Shown here: in pieces, positions 60,567-64,000 of the stretch | How the letters are laid out: every line of letters starts with the position of its first letter | Numbering within the stretch: the stretch's first letter is position 1 | DNA from: Magallana gigas | Lineage: Eukaryota | Direction: 5' to 3' | Length of the DNA: 64,000 bases | Assembly: GCF_963853765.1 (NCBI RefSeq) | Contig: NC_088860.1 | Span: forward strand, 30,380,001 to 30,444,000 | Position numbers and translations under genes: made by a program | The notes under the pieces: generated by a model | Told to the model about the DNA's origin: nothing | The model's database searches: none | What the model saw: only the letters and a program-made list of their open reading frames with translations

Positions 60567-62518
60567 GATCTCTTGTCTCTCCTTCTGTTCAGATAAAAAT
60601 AGATACTGAAGCTGTGGAGCATGGGAGCCGTAATGAGCCGTTCTCCGCAGGCATCTGACGGTGTCGCCAGGATTAAACTTTTATATGGAAAATCGAACAA
60701 ATCTTTGTTAAAATGCCTCACAGAGCGCGATCCACAACTCTCTCTTTCTCTTTTAACATTTTCGAATGGTTGGATGAAGAAAGGTATATTATGCTAATTT
60801 GAGAAACACTTTGCTTTTGAAAATGATATTTAAAAAATTTGAAAATTGAAATTCATTCTGAGGGTATCGTTTGCCTGCATTTTGATGGTACGATTTGCCT
60901 TTTAGAATGAGAAGTATCTATGAAATGTTTGTTCAGACAATGGAAAGAATATTACCGATTTTCTCTGAAAACAGACAAACTCTTTTTAACACAGGTTTGT
61001 TATAATCAGTATAGATTGGAACTTCGTGTATTTTTAGGAGGGGGTGGGTGGGGTAAGGAACCCTTTTAAAAAATTCTAAAATCCAAAATGAATTATATGT
61101 CTGTATTGCAAAATTCTTATAACCGTGTACCACAATAACACTGAAAATAAACCCGCTATTTCACTGTAATTTATCGTTATATACGGGAATGCTAACACAG
61201 CAAACAGTGCTTGCATGCCAGTGGGTGCTGTTCTTATATTAGATATGGCCTTTCGTTAAATCTAATTGCATTATCAAAACGGAAAAAAACAATCGAGCAC
61301 TCCCGATGCCTTTTTATTGATGATATCAATATAGTAATATATTTATGGTTTTAATTCACAATCACGAAGATACATCCGTAATGTGATGCTTTAAACGTGA
61401 CAACAAATCGATTGAAGCACTGTTCACATTTCTTTGAAAAATAGAGTTACACTTCTTGATCTATGTATTTGTCGAAAACAATTCCGCCACAGTTCGTTTA
61501 TACCAAACTCTCAAATTTCGGCGAGACGTAAGGAATCATGGGAAGTATGCGGTTTAGGATGGCAAGTTGTACAATATTGTAAAACTTATTCTTCACTTGG
61601 TGATCTTTTTTTTTTAAACATTCTTGATTCAGATGAAGTCGATATCTGGAGGCCTTAAAATCAGTCAGAGGATTTTTTTTTCCTTAAAACTATTTTGGTC
61701 ATAATTTCTCAAGTTGCGCGAGTTTACTTACTAATATATTAATAGTTACTTCTTTTAATAAGACCAGTACGTGAGTATAACCTATTCAGCAGTCCACTTT
61801 TACTATGCGGAAATGTTACAGCTCATTTAAATAATACTGTTAATAGTTATATCAATTATAAGAAAACAATTAAATTGGTTAAACCATTTAAAGATAAAAA
61901 ACTTTTAAACGTTTGTAAATATACTTAAGACATACCATCGATCTCTACTGGTCGCCTAAGTTTTGGTTAAATTGTCCTTTATAGCTAAGCACTCTTCTAT
62001 AGTTACGGACATAAAGAAAATACTCAAGTTCTACTCAAGTTATGTTTTAGAAATAAGTACATGTATTACCGTTTACGTTACGAGCCACAGCTGTATAATT
62101 CAATTTCTATTGAAAGCTTTAAAAACATCATATTAACAAGAAATTAATATTTGACGATTGTCTCAACACAACGTGTGTTAAATGAATTTTGGAAACACAC
62201 ACAATACTTTCATTTATACATGTGCCCTACTTTCATCAATATTTATGATTTAAAATTGTAGCATTTCAAGTTAACTGATGACGCAGGCGAGTACAGTACT
62301 GACATAATGTAAGCATATTTCATCGTGTTGTCAGCATATATATAACCAATGTATAATTATTTATTTTCAATTTTTACTAATTCTCATCCATTAGTAATTT
62401 AATGTTCCTACATTTATGCATTTGATATCGTACATGCATCGTATAAATCGAGGGAACATAAAAATTATATAGGAATAAAACGTACGGCAATGTTATTGAA
62501 TTTGCTTTTCACATGATA

Positions 62519-62599
62519 GCACAGGGGCCAAGCCCGTTTTAACATTAATTATTTATGGTTACATTGAAATTAATGTTAAAACGGGCTTGGCCCCTGTGC
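62519..62599. repeat. 81-bp hairpin with perfect 32-bp arms
   Basis: gcacaggggccaagcccgttttaacattaatt / aattaatgttaaaacgggcttggcccctgtgc. Confidence 0.85.
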
Positions 62600-64000
62600 A
62601 TTATAGAACCATTTAAATTTTAATAAGACCTTGGACTTTCGGTAGGATGTAACTATCTTTTTCGTTCGTCAAAACAGTATTAAAAAAACGCTGGTTTCAA
62701 GTGAAGTATACACAGATTGCATAGTCTTAGCTAAAAAGCCAGACAAATCTTGTTGATTTCAAAGAGCCATGGCTAGGTGACTAGCGATAAAATAGACACA
62801 CCTACGTCACAGTGCTGTTTGACAAAACTACCAAAAGTCCAAGCTCCTGTTAAAACGGTTCTATCAAAAGTATAACACTAATTACTGCATTTGCAAATCC
62901 CTTCAGTTTGAGGAATGTTGAATCACGGGACAAAAACATTCGTTGAGCTTATCAAAAAAGTCTATATTTTTTGTGTAATCCTGGTTTTTGTGTAATCCTT
63001 GTTCAATGACGTTGTCAGGAAATAATTTTTGTTTTAGTAAAAATCGAATTAAAAATCATTTTTTTAAATTTCTTCAAAAAGATTGAACATATTTATTAGT
63101 GCGTTAACTGGAACAACATTACTTATGGTCCATTTATGTTTTTGTTCTTTTCTGGGCGAATCAACCCATAACCTCTAAAAAATTAGCCTTTCAGTATAGG
63201 TATGAATATTTATATTCATATTTTAAGACATCGCAGTCGATCATGAAAAGAAACTATGCATTTGCCAATGTCAATGATTTTCTCTCAGAGTTGTGATTCT
63301 TGATTTACTAGCGATTCATAGGCTGTTGGTTAGGCTGTCCACAGTTAATTCGATGTTTAACGGCACCCGCGCGCGTACATGTAGGTTTAAAGGTAATCTT
63401 CGGTTGAAAAAATAAAATAAACCCCAATTTTCAATTTTATTTTTTCTATTTTGATTTAACTTTTTTTGCAACTGAATTACTGCAATCTGTAGAAACATGA
63501 AATTTTTAGGGTACATTATGGATAAAACAATGGATACCAATTAAATGTATATAACTGGCGGGGAAATAAAACTCAACGTGTAGCTTGCATGCTCATTGTA
63601 TATGTGTGAATGTAATTTATTAAAATCATATGTTTAAAAAATTTGTTTAATTTGATTTCATAGCTCTTCCTCGTTGGTTTGGTATTTTGAAGATGACGTT
63701 AAACGTTAAAAAAATTACTTTGTGCAGCCTAATAGGTGGTAAATATTTTTTTTTATGTAACAGTGTTACCTGTAGCCTAGAAATACACTTTAAGCTTCGG
63801 ACTTCTACAATGCAACCACTAGTGTTTCATCCAAAGATTCTTCAGTACTGATATGTAATCAATGGAATACAATTGTTGTCTTTCTTTCGCATGCATATGA
63901 GCAATCTTTTCTACTGCAGAGTACGTGTACTTTGCATAGCCAGTCTCTATGCAAGCAAGGTCGGAATTTCTCTTCTGATGGAAATTCATTAACAGACTTT

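Noticed and set aside
60900-64000. Additional genes in the last 3 kb
   Set aside because: Only short unrecognisable ORFs and transposon-like fragments; no supportable exon chain.

Overview
AT-rich (intron-rich eukaryotic) genomic DNA, very probably Pacific oyster or a close relative (Crassostrea/Magallana), judged from 166-bp Cg170-like satellite arrays inside HINE/Helentron-type elements. Exon chains were assembled by hand from splice sites and reading phase; protein identities come from my recall of the human orthologs, not from a database search. Seven protein-coding genes: RFT1 (-, 5' part, runs off the left edge), CCT7 (+), FRA10AC1 (-), EXOSC1 (+), a C6orf163-like gene (-), a PGC-1/PPRC1-family coactivator (+) and a highly divergent SLC6 transporter (-). 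The first six form three head-to-head pairs. Eight intronic snoRNA copies: 2x SNORD35-like and 3x SNORA3-like in CCT7, and 3x SNORD80-like in the PGC-1 gene. Also two U12-type introns, a 5'-truncated frameshifted LINE and many MITEs. The most unusual signal: three independent minisatellites whose repeat unit is a copy of the adjacent exon-intron junction. They create about 30 tandem donor sites in RFT1, and about 20 and about 13 tandem acceptor sites in the SLC6 gene. One SLC6 array is in frame and encodes hydrophobic 11-aa units.
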